A program made the position numbers and the translations under genes. The notes below the pieces were generated by a model. The model was given only the letters and a program-made list of their open reading frames with translations. It was not told the DNA's origin and did no database searches. This document shows positions 9,400 to 18,313 of a stretch of 38,878 nt of DNA, one piece after another. The stretch is taken from NCBI GenBank assembly GCA_046538155.1, contig JBKHJL010000006.1:1-38878 (forward strand), read 5' to 3'. This DNA comes from Candidatus Micrarchaeia archaeon. GTDB lineage: Archaea; Micrarchaeota; Micrarchaeia; Anstonellales; Bilamarchaeaceae. Position 1 is the stretch's first letter, and the number at the start of each line of letters is the position of its first letter.

Positions 9400-10479
9400 T
9401 CAGCCAAGCACTTCAAGATCGTTGCTGAAGGAAGGCATGGAGGATTCTTCCTCCACTTCATAATCCTTGCCCAGGATTGAAGCGCCCTTGACTCCTGTAA
9501 CTATTGCAACGATTTCCAGCTTGCCCTCATAATTCTGCATTATGCGGGCACCCCACTTAACGTTGGCTTCAGCATCCATCCTTTCGGTGATTATCTCACC
9601 TGCCTTGATTGCGTCACCAAGCGAGAGGTCGCTGCCTCCTGAAATGTGGATGATTGCGCCCTTTGCGCCCTCAAAATCAACATCCAGGAGCCTGTTCTTG
9701 ACAACTGCTTCTGCTGAGCCGGTAACCTTGTCAGTTCCCTTGCCTTCACCTACGGCAATGAATCCAACTCCGCCTCCCTGCATAATCGCCCTAACATCCG
9801 CAAAATCTATGTTGATGAGTGACGGCTGGGTAATTGTCCATACAAGGCCGCTGATTGCCCTTGCAAGAATCTCATCTGCCACGGCAAATGCCTCAGACAT
9901 AGGGAGGTTCGGGACCAACTGCACAAGTCTGTTGTTGTCTACAATGATTACAGAGTCGCAGCTCTGGCGGAGCTTCGCAATTGACTCGTCTGCCTTCTTC
10001 CTCCTGGCCCTCTCAAGGGCAAATGGATAAGTAACCATCGCAACGGTTATCGCACCCTGCTCCTTTGCAATCTGGGCAGTGATGGGGGCTGCTCCGCCTC
10101 CGGTTCCTCCTCCCATTCCAGCGCATATAAATACAAGGTGGGAGCCTTCAAGCTCTTTCTCTATAAGCGGCCTGTCCACTTCTGCAGATTTTGCACCGAG
10201 GTCAGGGTAGCCTCCGGCACCGAGCCCTTTGGTAATGCTTCTCCCAATGAGCACTTTGGATGCCTTCTCATGTACCTGCTTGAGGTGCTGCTTGTCCGTA
10301 TTGACAGCAACAAGCTGGCTTCCTTTAACTCCGGCTTTAATAAGCCTGTTTACGGTGTTGTTTCCTGCACCACCAACTCCGACTGTGACAATTTTGATTG
10401 TTTCGGAGCTGTCTTCAGATTCCTTCTCAGCTTCCTGAGGGGCTTTTTCTCCAACTACTGATTTCACCAATTCATCCAT
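9400..10479 (-). CDS. ftsZ: Cell division protein FtsZ (FtsZ2-like)
   Basis: [29 protein letters not shown]7 loop [11 protein letters not shown]. Confidence 0.96.
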   Translation of the reverse strand: MDELVKSVVGEKAPQEAEKESEDSSETIKIVTVGVGGAGNNTVNRLIKAGVKGSQLVAVNTDKQHLKQVHEKASKVLIGRSITKGLGAGGYPDLGAKSAEVDRPLIEKELEGSHLVFICAGMGGGTGGGAAPITAQIAKEQGAITVAMVTYPFALERARRKKADESIAKLRQSCDSVIIVDNNRLVQLVPNLPMSEAFAVADEILARAISGLVWTITQPSLINIDFADVRAIMQGGGVGFIAVGEGKGTDKVTGSAEAVVKNRLLDVDFEGAKGAIIHISGGSDLSLGDAIKAGEIITERMDAEANVKWGARIMQNYEGKLEIVAIVTGVKGASILGKDYEVEEESSMPSFSNDLEVLG

Positions 10480-10604
10480 AATGTTCGCCTCAGGAGAAAG
10501 AGGGCATGTGGCGCTTTAAATATGTTAAGATTTACGTCGGTAAAGTAGAAACACAAAACCCTACTTGGGGAAACAGGGGATTTGGAATTACGTCGGAAGT
10601 AATA

Positions 10605-10630
10605 TAAATGTATTTACTAAATGTATTTAC
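10605..10630 (+). promoter_or_regulatory. Tandem 13-bp repeat TAAATGTATTTAC x2, probable vapBC operator
   Basis: Exact direct repeat at 10605-10617 and 10618-10630. Each unit is semi-palindromic (TAAAT-GT-ATTTA). It spans from the TATA box to the antitoxin ATG. Confidence 0.6.
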
Positions 10631-10846
10631 ATGGTCAAGGTAATCACAATACGTGATGACGTCTACCAGGGCCTCAGCGAACTCAAAAAGAGGCACGGGA
10701 TGAGCTTCTCCGAAGCAATAGACATGCTTCTCAACGAGAGCAGCTCAACCAGGGAAGGCCTCATAGAACACGCCGGAACTCTCCAAGAAACCGAGATAGA
10801 CAGGAGGATACTAAAAAAACTAAGGAGGTGGAGCAGTGGCGACTAA
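10631..10846 (+). CDS. vapB: VapB-type antitoxin (archaeal putative antitoxin family, RHH-like)
   Basis: MVKVITIRDDVYQGLSELKKRHGMSFSEAIDMLL pattern. Overlaps the downstream PIN gene. ATG lies about 23 nt after a TATA box (likely leaderless). Confidence 0.85.
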   Translation: MVKVITIRDDVYQGLSELKKRHGMSFSEAIDMLLNESSSTREGLIEHAGTLQETEIDRRILKKLRRWSSGD

Positions 10847-11216
10847 AGTGTGCCTGGATACAGATGTAACCCTTGACTTTTTCAAGGGAGAGCTAAAAAC
10901 AGTGCAGAAGATACGGCAGTACTCAAAGGCAGACCTCCTCTGCCTGACGTCCCTTAGCTATTTTGAGCTCCTCACCTCCATAAGGGGGCACAGCAGGTGG
11001 GATGTTCTGAAAGTTGTAGACAAGCTGGAAATGCTGAACCTTGACCGAAAATCCTCAGTAAGAGCATCAAAAATATACGAGCAGGTGAGGGATGCGGGGC
11101 TGAACACTTCAATGAGGGACATCCTTACAGCATCAATCTGCCTTGCAAATAATGCGAACCTGTTCACAGGAAAGAGGGCACCTTACGAAGGGATAAGGGG
11201 GCTGAAATTTGTCTGA
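10836..11216 (+). CDS. vapC: VapC-type PIN domain toxin
   Basis: CLDTDV, SYFELL and DILTASICL motifs, 126 aa, GGAGGTGG RBS. Confidence 0.9.
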   Translation: MATKVCLDTDVTLDFFKGELKTVQKIRQYSKADLLCLTSLSYFELLTSIRGHSRWDVLKVVDKLEMLNLDRKSSVRASKIYEQVRDAGLNTSMRDILTASICLANNANLFTGKRAPYEGIRGLKFV

Positions 11217-11346
11217 CGCTTATTATTGGTTGGCAAGGATGAACCGCCGCTTCTGCGGATAAAAAGCAGGCGACCAAAAGGGCTCTGCGCTTTATGCGCA
11301 CCCCCTCCTCATTTTAGCGAAATGGTTTTGTGTTTCCGGTTCTGGA

Positions 11347-13062
11347 TTAGGAAAATTTATGCATCTCCTCTACCTCCTTGGTAGTGGTTGCATTGAACGG
11401 GCCCTTATCGTCCCGAATCCGAATCATGCGCGGGAAACGGAGCGCAAGTCCACCCTTGCCCTCTTCCCTTCCGCAGGTGTGGGTAGGCGAACGGGTGATG
11501 TTATCATACGCAACTTCCACAATATGGCGCGGATGCACCCAAAAATCCGGCTCAATCTCATAATCAAGATTGGAGGGGGGTCTCTTTACCCTGTCCTCAT
11601 CCAGCATCTTCTGGAATTTTCCCATTTCCTCTTCTGTGAATCCGCTCCCTACCTTTGCAATAGTTTCAAACCTCGCGCTCTCGCTGTTGTAAACCGCAAC
11701 AAGAATGCCGCCAAACCCAAAGCGGGTGCGGGAACCTTTCCCCCGGTAATATCCCGCAATCACCGCATCAATTGTGTCCATTTCCTTCCCATAAGATTTT
11801 TTCAGTTTTATCCAGGCGAATTTGCGCTTCCCTGCGGTGTACGGGGCATCCAGGTCCTTTGCCATTATCCCCTCAAGGCGCATGCCGAGGGCAGCCTGGA
11901 AAAGCGAATCTATCTCCTCCGCTTTTTCCACGATGCGCATCTTGCTGGTCTGAATTATTCCGTGGGGGAGGAAATATTCCAGCTTCTTCCTCCGGTCAAG
12001 ATAGGGGCGGGTTGTGTAGTCCTCCCCCTCAAGATAATGGAGGTCAAATGCAAAGAGATAGAGGGGGTACTGCCTGGATGCCTTCTCCAGCCCGTATTTC
12101 CTCCTCCTGTGCATCGTTTCCTGGAAAGAATAAAACCGCTTGTCCTCTTCATTGAATGCAAGGGCTTCCCCTTCAAAAATTACTTCCTTTGGCCTCAACT
12201 TCTTTACTGCCTCCACAACATCCGGGAACATTGCGGTCATCCTCTCCAGTTTGCGGGAATAAATCTCAACCCTCTCCCCTTTTTTGTGCACCGCTATGCG
12301 GAAACCATCATATTTGTATTCAACCGCGCACTTCCCGAGCTTCCCGATTATTTCCTGGGGGGTTGCAAGGCGCTCTGCCATTGCGGGCATAATCGGCTTG
12401 AAAATCTCAATCCTGAAATCCCTGATTTTATCTGGGTCTTCAAGGAAAACGCGGGAAACATACCCAATATCCGAGCAAAGATTGTAGGCACGCTCAATAG
12501 GCTCCCTCCAGGACTTGTCTCCCTCATGAGAAACACTCAGGGCATCCAGTATGGTGGGGTCGCCTACCCCGAGGCGTAGCTGGCCGAGCACAAACCTGGT
12601 CAGGTATCTGGCTTCGAGCGGGGTTGCGTTGTTGTAAAGTTCCACAAGCCGGTTAATCTTAATTCCCTGGGAGCCTGTACCCCCTGCCCTGGAAATCTTG
12701 AGCATTGAATTGTACACTGAGAGAACGCTCAGGGACCTCTGGGAAAGAGACTGCTGGCGCTTTTTCCTGAGGAGTTTTTCTGCGACTGTTCCCAGGTCCC
12801 CCTCCTTTTCAAACTCCTGCTCAACCTCCCTCTCCGGATAACCCGAAGCCCTCCTTATTGCTTCAAGCACGAACCTCTCTCCCATCCCAAGGTCTACCCC
12901 CTCATATGGGGGCCGGAGCTCTCCCTGTATTATATATGAAATCCTCTCGCCCTCCTCAGGGGTTGCCTTCTCAAAAAGCCTTGCAAGCAGGTCTGTCATC
13001 TCAAGGCGGCCGCTGCGCTTCTCTATCTCATCGAATGCCGTTGCAACCTCCTCAAAACGCAT
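11347..13062 (-). CDS. lig: ATP-dependent DNA ligase
   Basis: EYKYDGFR adenylation motif, EGIMAK, WIKLK, ALRFPR. Likely start MRFEEVA at 13062, about 21 nt after a TATA-like box. Confidence 0.97.
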   Translation of the reverse strand: MRFEEVATAFDEIEKRSGRLEMTDLLARLFEKATPEEGERISYIIQGELRPPYEGVDLGMGERFVLEAIRRASGYPEREVEQEFEKEGDLGTVAEKLLRKKRQQSLSQRSLSVLSVYNSMLKISRAGGTGSQGIKINRLVELYNNATPLEARYLTRFVLGQLRLGVGDPTILDALSVSHEGDKSWREPIERAYNLCSDIGYVSRVFLEDPDKIRDFRIEIFKPIMPAMAERLATPQEIIGKLGKCAVEYKYDGFRIAVHKKGERVEIYSRKLERMTAMFPDVVEAVKKLRPKEVIFEGEALAFNEEDKRFYSFQETMHRRRKYGLEKASRQYPLYLFAFDLHYLEGEDYTTRPYLDRRKKLEYFLPHGIIQTSKMRIVEKAEEIDSLFQAALGMRLEGIMAKDLDAPYTAGKRKFAWIKLKKSYGKEMDTIDAVIAGYYRGKGSRTRFGFGGILVAVYNSESARFETIAKVGSGFTEEEMGKFQKMLDEDRVKRPPSNLDYEIEPDFWVHPRHIVEVAYDNITRSPTHTCGREEGKGGLALRFPRMIRIRDDKGPFNATTTKEVEEMHKFS

Positions 13063-13202
13063 GCTTCCTAAAGGGCGTAGCAGGAATAAAAATGTGTCGC
13101 AAACAGATGGGTATATTGTGCTCTGTGTGGTGGGTTGATGGTGTGTGTCCATTTATGGACATAGATGTATATTTATAAAACCTTTCCAACTAAGATATAT
13201 GT

Positions 13203-13937
13203 ATGAATGCTGCGCTGAGGTACCGTGAAAAGGCCCACATAGACCAGGGCAAGCTGCGCGAGTTCCTTTTAAGCGAAGACAGGCATACCCAGCTTTTTGC
13301 AATTGGCGCAGTGAACATGATTACTTTTGAGTTTGGGGGGCTGCCTCCTTGCATCACTTCGGAGGAACTGGTGGATCTTGCAGTAGATTCAGGGCTGGAG
13401 TCAAATTCCCCAAAGGATGGAATTGCGCTGGAAAAAATCCAGAAAAAAACCTGGGAAGTGCTGAAGCGGCACATCTGGGAAACTGGTGATGTTTCACCCA
13501 TGTTCAGGCAGGTAAAAAAGCGGATGGCAGGAGATGTTGAAATACACGGAGGCGGATTCCTCTTAAAAATGTGCGAATACTGCGTCCGGATTAAAAAAGT
13601 ACCAAAAGAACTTTCAGATGCCCTTGCAATCGGACTCAAATCACCTTCTGTTTCCGAACAAAACAAACAGAAAATATTGGAAATCGCTGAAACAATGTTT
13701 GAGAAGGGGATGGATATGCGAGGGATAAAGCGGGCTCTGAAAAAGGCAGCAGATGGAAAAATAGTTGGTTGCCACTCAGCAAAAGCAAGAAGCATTTACA
13801 CAAAGGCAACAATAAGTAACTTCAATAAGCCCCCGGACTGGTTCAGCAGACAACGGGCAAAGTTCAGGATGTTTAGGATGTCCCGCAGGAACACCAGGCC
13901 TGCGCCCCCTGCAAAAAATCTTCCGGGAAAGGGCTGA
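13203..13937 (+). CDS. Hypothetical protein with basic Pro-rich C-terminal tail
   Basis: 244-aa ORF with TTTATAAA about 23 nt upstream. No known motif recognised. Confidence 0.75.
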   Translation: MNAALRYREKAHIDQGKLREFLLSEDRHTQLFAIGAVNMITFEFGGLPPCITSEELVDLAVDSGLESNSPKDGIALEKIQKKTWEVLKRHIWETGDVSPMFRQVKKRMAGDVEIHGGGFLLKMCEYCVRIKKVPKELSDALAIGLKSPSVSEQNKQKILEIAETMFEKGMDMRGIKRALKKAADGKIVGCHSAKARSIYTKATISNFNKPPDWFSRQRAKFRMFRMSRRNTRPAPPAKNLPGKG

Positions 13938-13984
13938 GGGGATGGAATAGATTAAAAAAGATTTGGTGAGATCTGCTTGCCCAG

Positions 13985-14590
13985 ATGGGCGAATACGGCA
14001 CTGCAAAAAAACCCCCTGTGGACATCAACCGCTTAAAGCAATTTATTTCTGAAGGGAACCCCTGGTTACAGGAGCGCTCTGTTTTTGCAGCCGAGAAAAA
14101 TGCGAACAAATATGGAATAAACTCTGTTCCTGTGGGCACGGAATTGCTCAGCCTTGCCCTTTACCACTGGGATGACAGGATAAAAGGTGTAGCAGAGGAC
14201 CTGGTGATCAGGTGCATAAAAAACAGGGTTGAATCTGATGAACTTATGAAAATGATGGTAAAGACTGCTGAAGGGGCAGTGGACCAGGAAAACGACGATT
14301 TTTTTGCTGAATGTGCCCTTCTGGGCATAAAAAACGGACATGAGAAGAAAGCGGTAGAGATTCTTGCATCGGTTGTGGGCCGGGAATCCTCCGCATCCGA
14401 CACCCTTGACATGTTTCTGGGAAACCTGAGGGAAACCATTGGAGAGGGCAGCAGATTCACACGAATAAAAAAGAAACTTGAAAGGGCAGTGCCCTGGAAG
14501 TGCGGGCTGAAAGCAAGGCCTCCGGCAGGCTTCAGGAACAGGGAAAAACCGCTCCCGCAAAGGCTTGAACGCCCCACTTTGCATGTTTAG
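13985..14590 (+). CDS. Hypothetical alpha-helical protein with basic Pro-rich C-terminal tail
   Basis: 201-aa ORF with genome-typical codon usage. No known motif recognised. Confidence 0.7.
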   Translation: MGEYGTAKKPPVDINRLKQFISEGNPWLQERSVFAAEKNANKYGINSVPVGTELLSLALYHWDDRIKGVAEDLVIRCIKNRVESDELMKMMVKTAEGAVDQENDDFFAECALLGIKNGHEKKAVEILASVVGRESSASDTLDMFLGNLRETIGEGSRFTRIKKKLERAVPWKCGLKARPPAGFRNREKPLPQRLERPTLHV

Positions 14591-15444
14591 ACATATTTAA
14601 GATATTCCTTCTGCATTTTCAGCGCATCAAATTCCAGTTTTGGGGATTCGGAGATGATTGTTCCCCCGTACCCATTTTCTGCCAATACTTTCATGAGGGG
14701 CTTGAAAGGAGGGGGGTTGTTTCCCTCTAAAGGAAGGTGGTTTCTTTCTCCCTTTTCTGAGTATTTTATGCAGGAAAAGTGCGCGTGGAAATCCTTCATG
14801 TAGCCCGGAATTTTGCCTTCAATATATGCAAGCAGCTTTGAATACTCTTCTTCGGTTTTGCAGGGCCAGTCGCCCCTTGCAAGAAGATGGGCAAAATCAA
14901 CTACCAGCATAATTTCCTTTACGCTGTTGTGGAGTTCTATGCACTCATCCAGTGAGCCGTACTGGGATTTCTTGCCCACTGTTTCTGCACCCATTTTTAC
15001 TCCTTTTACCTTGTGCTTTTCCATGTGGGTTTTGAGCTTTTTGAATAACTCCTTTGTGAGTTTGAAGCATTCCTTGCTTGTTTTTCCCTGGTAGTAGCCG
15101 GAGTGGAAGACTGCAACCCGTGCGCCCGACCACCTGCAGGCCTGTGCGGAAAGGAAGAGGTTTCTTTTGCTTGTTTCCTGTTTGGTTTTGTCTGTGGCGC
15201 AGCAATTCACCCAGTAAGGCGCGTGCGCGGATAAGCGGATGTTGAATTTTTCTGATGCATGCTTGAGCTTTTTTGCGTTTTCTTCTTTTATTTTTACGCC
15301 CCGTACGAATTCAAGTTCCATTGCGCCTAACCCTAAAACATGCGAACACTCTATCGCTTCTAAGCTTCCGCCTTTGCACTGGATTGGTATTCCTGCAGAG
15401 CCGAAGCGCACCTTTGCTTTTTTGGGCATGACTAGAAAACTCAT
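14587..15444 (-). CDS. nfo: Endonuclease IV / AP endonuclease family 2 (TIM barrel)
   Basis: MELEFVRG, LSAHAPYWVN, FHSGYY, ETVGKKSQYGSLDE, DFAH, HAHFS, GERNHL, ISESP. Confidence 0.9.
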   Translation of the reverse strand: MSFLVMPKKAKVRFGSAGIPIQCKGGSLEAIECSHVLGLGAMELEFVRGVKIKEENAKKLKHASEKFNIRLSAHAPYWVNCCATDKTKQETSKRNLFLSAQACRWSGARVAVFHSGYYQGKTSKECFKLTKELFKKLKTHMEKHKVKGVKMGAETVGKKSQYGSLDECIELHNSVKEIMLVVDFAHLLARGDWPCKTEEEYSKLLAYIEGKIPGYMKDFHAHFSCIKYSEKGERNHLPLEGNNPPPFKPLMKVLAENGYGGTIISESPKLEFDALKMQKEYLKYV

Positions 15445-16448
15445 TCGTTCTTTTTATAGGCAACGTAAATATCCGCCTCAAGCATCGTTCCGTTATCATA
15501 AAAATGGTGGGTAAAATAGAGGTTCCCTTCCTGGTCCAGGGTGGGCTCCCCTGCAAACTGGGAAACCATGAGCTTGGGCTCCTGCCAGGTTCCGTTTACT
15601 AGTTTGGACCTGTAGATTGCAGGAGTTCCCATGTAAATGCGGGTAAACCAGAGCTCATCCATTTCCTGGTTTATGAATGGCCAGCCCTCCATTGATTCAG
15701 TGTTTAGTGCTTCAACCGGCTCTGGTGGCTGCCAGGCCCCATTTACTTTTTCTATTACGTAGATGTCATAGGCCCCTAAGCTGTCTTCCCTTTCAGAATG
15801 GTAATACATCTGCTTTCCATCGGAAGTGATGTGGAGCTCGCCAACTCCATACTCCACATTGAGAAGCTCCCCTGCATTCCTCCAGTTGGACCATTTCCCA
15901 TCCACCAGTTTTGCAGTCCAGATATCCAGCTCGCGGAAATTCCCTGCGCGCACAGAACAGAACCATGCTTCGTCTCCCTGCACGAAGAGGCAGCCGTCCA
16001 TGGAAACATCATCACTCAGGATTATGCGCTCAGGCTCCGTCCATCCGGATGGAGTTTTGCGGGTGCGGTATATTCCGGTTACCCCGTCCAGGACCTGCTC
16101 CTCCACAGGAACCTGCACATCAGGAGTGTAGAAAAAATAGAAAGTGTTTCCATCCGGGATGATGAACGCGGAGTCCTCTGCTCCTTTTGTGCTTATTGGG
16201 TAGGACATTGGGACAGGCTCTTCAAACTCATCCGAGTGGAGCACCGGCGGATAGTTATCCATTTCCGGAGTTATTTTTACGCTGTCGTTTGGGAGCTGGC
16301 TGCCTTTTGGCTTAATATCAAAACTGGTTTTTGGTGTATGCTCTGGTTCGGGGTACTGCTCCGAACCGGGAGTTGCTGGTGGGGTTTCTTCTGTACAACC
16401 GGAAAACAGGAGAAGAGAAAATAAAAGAACTGCGATTAATTTTTGCAT
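15441..16448 (-). CDS. Putative lipoprotein with TolB/PD40-like beta-propeller repeats
   Basis: Signal peptide ending LLFSGC, Pro-rich linker, and repeats such as IIPDGNTFYFF, ITSDGKQMYYHSER...YDIYV, GxWxxP. Confidence 0.8.
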   Translation of the reverse strand: MQKLIAVLLFSLLLFSGCTEETPPATPGSEQYPEPEHTPKTSFDIKPKGSQLPNDSVKITPEMDNYPPVLHSDEFEEPVPMSYPISTKGAEDSAFIIPDGNTFYFFYTPDVQVPVEEQVLDGVTGIYRTRKTPSGWTEPERIILSDDVSMDGCLFVQGDEAWFCSVRAGNFRELDIWTAKLVDGKWSNWRNAGELLNVEYGVGELHITSDGKQMYYHSEREDSLGAYDIYVIEKVNGAWQPPEPVEALNTESMEGWPFINQEMDELWFTRIYMGTPAIYRSKLVNGTWQEPKLMVSQFAGEPTLDQEGNLYFTHHFYDNGTMLEADIYVAYKKNE

Positions 16449-16559
16449 ATTGTTTGATTTGAGTTGGTGTTTTTAATGATTCTGTTTTTACAAAATATCT
16501 ACAAAATACCAAAAAATACCTCTTTTAAGCATTGTGGGCCAAAATAGAAAGAGAGGAAC

Positions 16560-17729
16560 ATGAAACTTATTCCGCTACAAAAAGGCAGAAAAAAGGGACA
16601 AAGCCCTGAGGGAAAATTCGGGAGCAGGAGGACCCCCCTGGAAAGCAGTCTCAGGGACCGAAGCCAGCCACTCCTTACTTTTGCAAAACACGGGGATATC
16701 CGGGAAGCAAAAAAACTCCTGGAAGAAGGAGCTGACGTGAATGTAGAAGGAGGGGGAGGATGGAGAGCGCTGAGCGTTGCTGCCCTACATGGAAACAGGG
16801 AGATGGTCAGACTGTTCCTTGCCAATGGTGCAGATGTTGATGCGAAGTGCGGGTGGGGAGGGACGGCGCTGATGGTAGCGGCAGAGCACTGGGACGAGGA
16901 AATTTTTAGGATGCTGGTTGAGGCGGGAGCATGCATTGACCCAAGGGATACGGAGGGCAAAACCCCCCTGATGAGGGCAGTATGGAAAAAAGAAAATTAT
17001 GTTGCGGAAAAGCTGATTGAAAACAGAGCAGACGTGAAGGCTGAGGATTATGAAGGCAGGACAGTGATGATGGTCGCGGCCTGGAGGGGGAATGCGCAGA
17101 TTGTAAAAAGACTGGCAGAATTAGGAGTGGGGATGGACATTCAGGACATCCGGGGGGAAACAGCACTTATGAAAGCTGCTTTCCGGGGCCATACAGACGT
17201 TGTAAGAAAACTCCTGAAAGCAGGCGCCGATGTCCTGCTCAGGGATATGCGGGGGGAAACCGCGTTGATGAAGGCAGCGTGGAAAAGCAATATCATGGCA
17301 ACAAAACTTCTTATTGACGGGGGAAGCAGGGTAGATGCAACAGATAGAATAGGGAGAAGCGCGCTGATGAATACGGCATGGAAAGGAGATATAGAGATGG
17401 GGAAATTGCTGCTTGGGGCAAAGGCAGCTGTGAACTTGAAGAACATACACGGGGAAACCCCTCTCATGCGGGCTGCCTTCAGGGGAAACTGGAAAATGGT
17501 AGAGCTTCTGATTGAAGCAAGGGCAGAACCAGACCTAAAAGACAAACTGGGAGAAACCGCACTGATGAAAGCGGCGCTTAATGGAAACCCCAGGGCCGTG
17601 GGCATTCTGCTGGAAGCAGGGGCAGGTATTAGATGCTTGGATATCTATGGGAAAAGCGCACATGAAAAGGCCCGGGGAAACGGGGACCCGGAAACCATTA
17701 AGCTGCTTGCCCAGGCTGAAGCCAGGTAG
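16560..17729 (+). CDS. Ankyrin repeat protein (about 11 repeats)
   Basis: 33-aa periodic GxTALMxAAxxGxxxxVxxLLxAGA repeats. Confidence 0.96.
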   Translation: MKLIPLQKGRKKGQSPEGKFGSRRTPLESSLRDRSQPLLTFAKHGDIREAKKLLEEGADVNVEGGGGWRALSVAALHGNREMVRLFLANGADVDAKCGWGGTALMVAAEHWDEEIFRMLVEAGACIDPRDTEGKTPLMRAVWKKENYVAEKLIENRADVKAEDYEGRTVMMVAAWRGNAQIVKRLAELGVGMDIQDIRGETALMKAAFRGHTDVVRKLLKAGADVLLRDMRGETALMKAAWKSNIMATKLLIDGGSRVDATDRIGRSALMNTAWKGDIEMGKLLLGAKAAVNLKNIHGETPLMRAAFRGNWKMVELLIEARAEPDLKDKLGETALMKAALNGNPRAVGILLEAGAGIRCLDIYGKSAHEKARGNGDPETIKLLAQAEAR

Positions 17730-17790
17730 AAGCTCCTTAAAAATCCAGAAATTACGCCTGTTGTTTATAATTATTGTGTTTAAAAGATAA

Positions 17791-18261
17791 ATGGGCAGAA
17801 AGATGGTTAGGCACAAAATAGAAAAAAAACCGGAAAAAAGAAGCAGGGAAAGCTTTCCCCAGGTTCCCGGAGAAAAAAAGAAAATTGTTCCGCCTGAAAT
17901 GCAGCATAGACTCAATGTTAACCTGCTCCGTGCAGCAAAAAAGCAGCAATGGAAAAGGGCGGGGCGGCTTATTGACGAGGGTGCTTCCCCGGAAGAAATC
18001 GACGGAATGGGTTATAGTGCAATCACCTACGCATCTGCAGCCGGAGAGTCAGGACTGGTCAGGAAGATGCTAAATGAAGGTGGATTTAATATTGATGAAC
18101 CGCCCAATTACGCTGCAATACTGCTTGCCTACAGAGAAGAGCACCACGAAATAGTGGAACTGCTTGGGAAAAACATGAAGGAACAAAGGGGCAGGAATGA
18201 ATTTTATGCAAGGGCGCTTAAGGACTACACACTGGTGCTGATAGAAGATCAGGAGGGCTAA
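17791..18261 (+). CDS. Ankyrin repeat-containing protein (2-3 degenerate repeats)
   Basis: LLRAAK...LIDEGA, GYSAITYASAAGESGLVRKML, AILLAYREEHHEIVELL. Confidence 0.75.
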   Translation: MGRKMVRHKIEKKPEKRSRESFPQVPGEKKKIVPPEMQHRLNVNLLRAAKKQQWKRAGRLIDEGASPEEIDGMGYSAITYASAAGESGLVRKMLNEGGFNIDEPPNYAAILLAYREEHHEIVELLGKNMKEQRGRNEFYARALKDYTLVLIEDQEG

Positions 18262-18313
18262 ACCCCCTTTTTAAATTTTATGCATATAAATAATGGGTTG
18301 CCGGTGACTGATT

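Noticed and set aside
11359..12579. 406-aa antisense ORF
   Set aside because: It lies entirely opposite DNA ligase, and its composition reflects complementary codon bias.
16700..17640. Recurring DNA repeats (GGGGAAAC...ATGAA) resembling CRISPR or DGR repeats
   Set aside because: The 99-nt periodicity is explained by ankyrin repeats. There are no cas or reverse transcriptase genes and no adenine-specific mismatch pattern was noticed.
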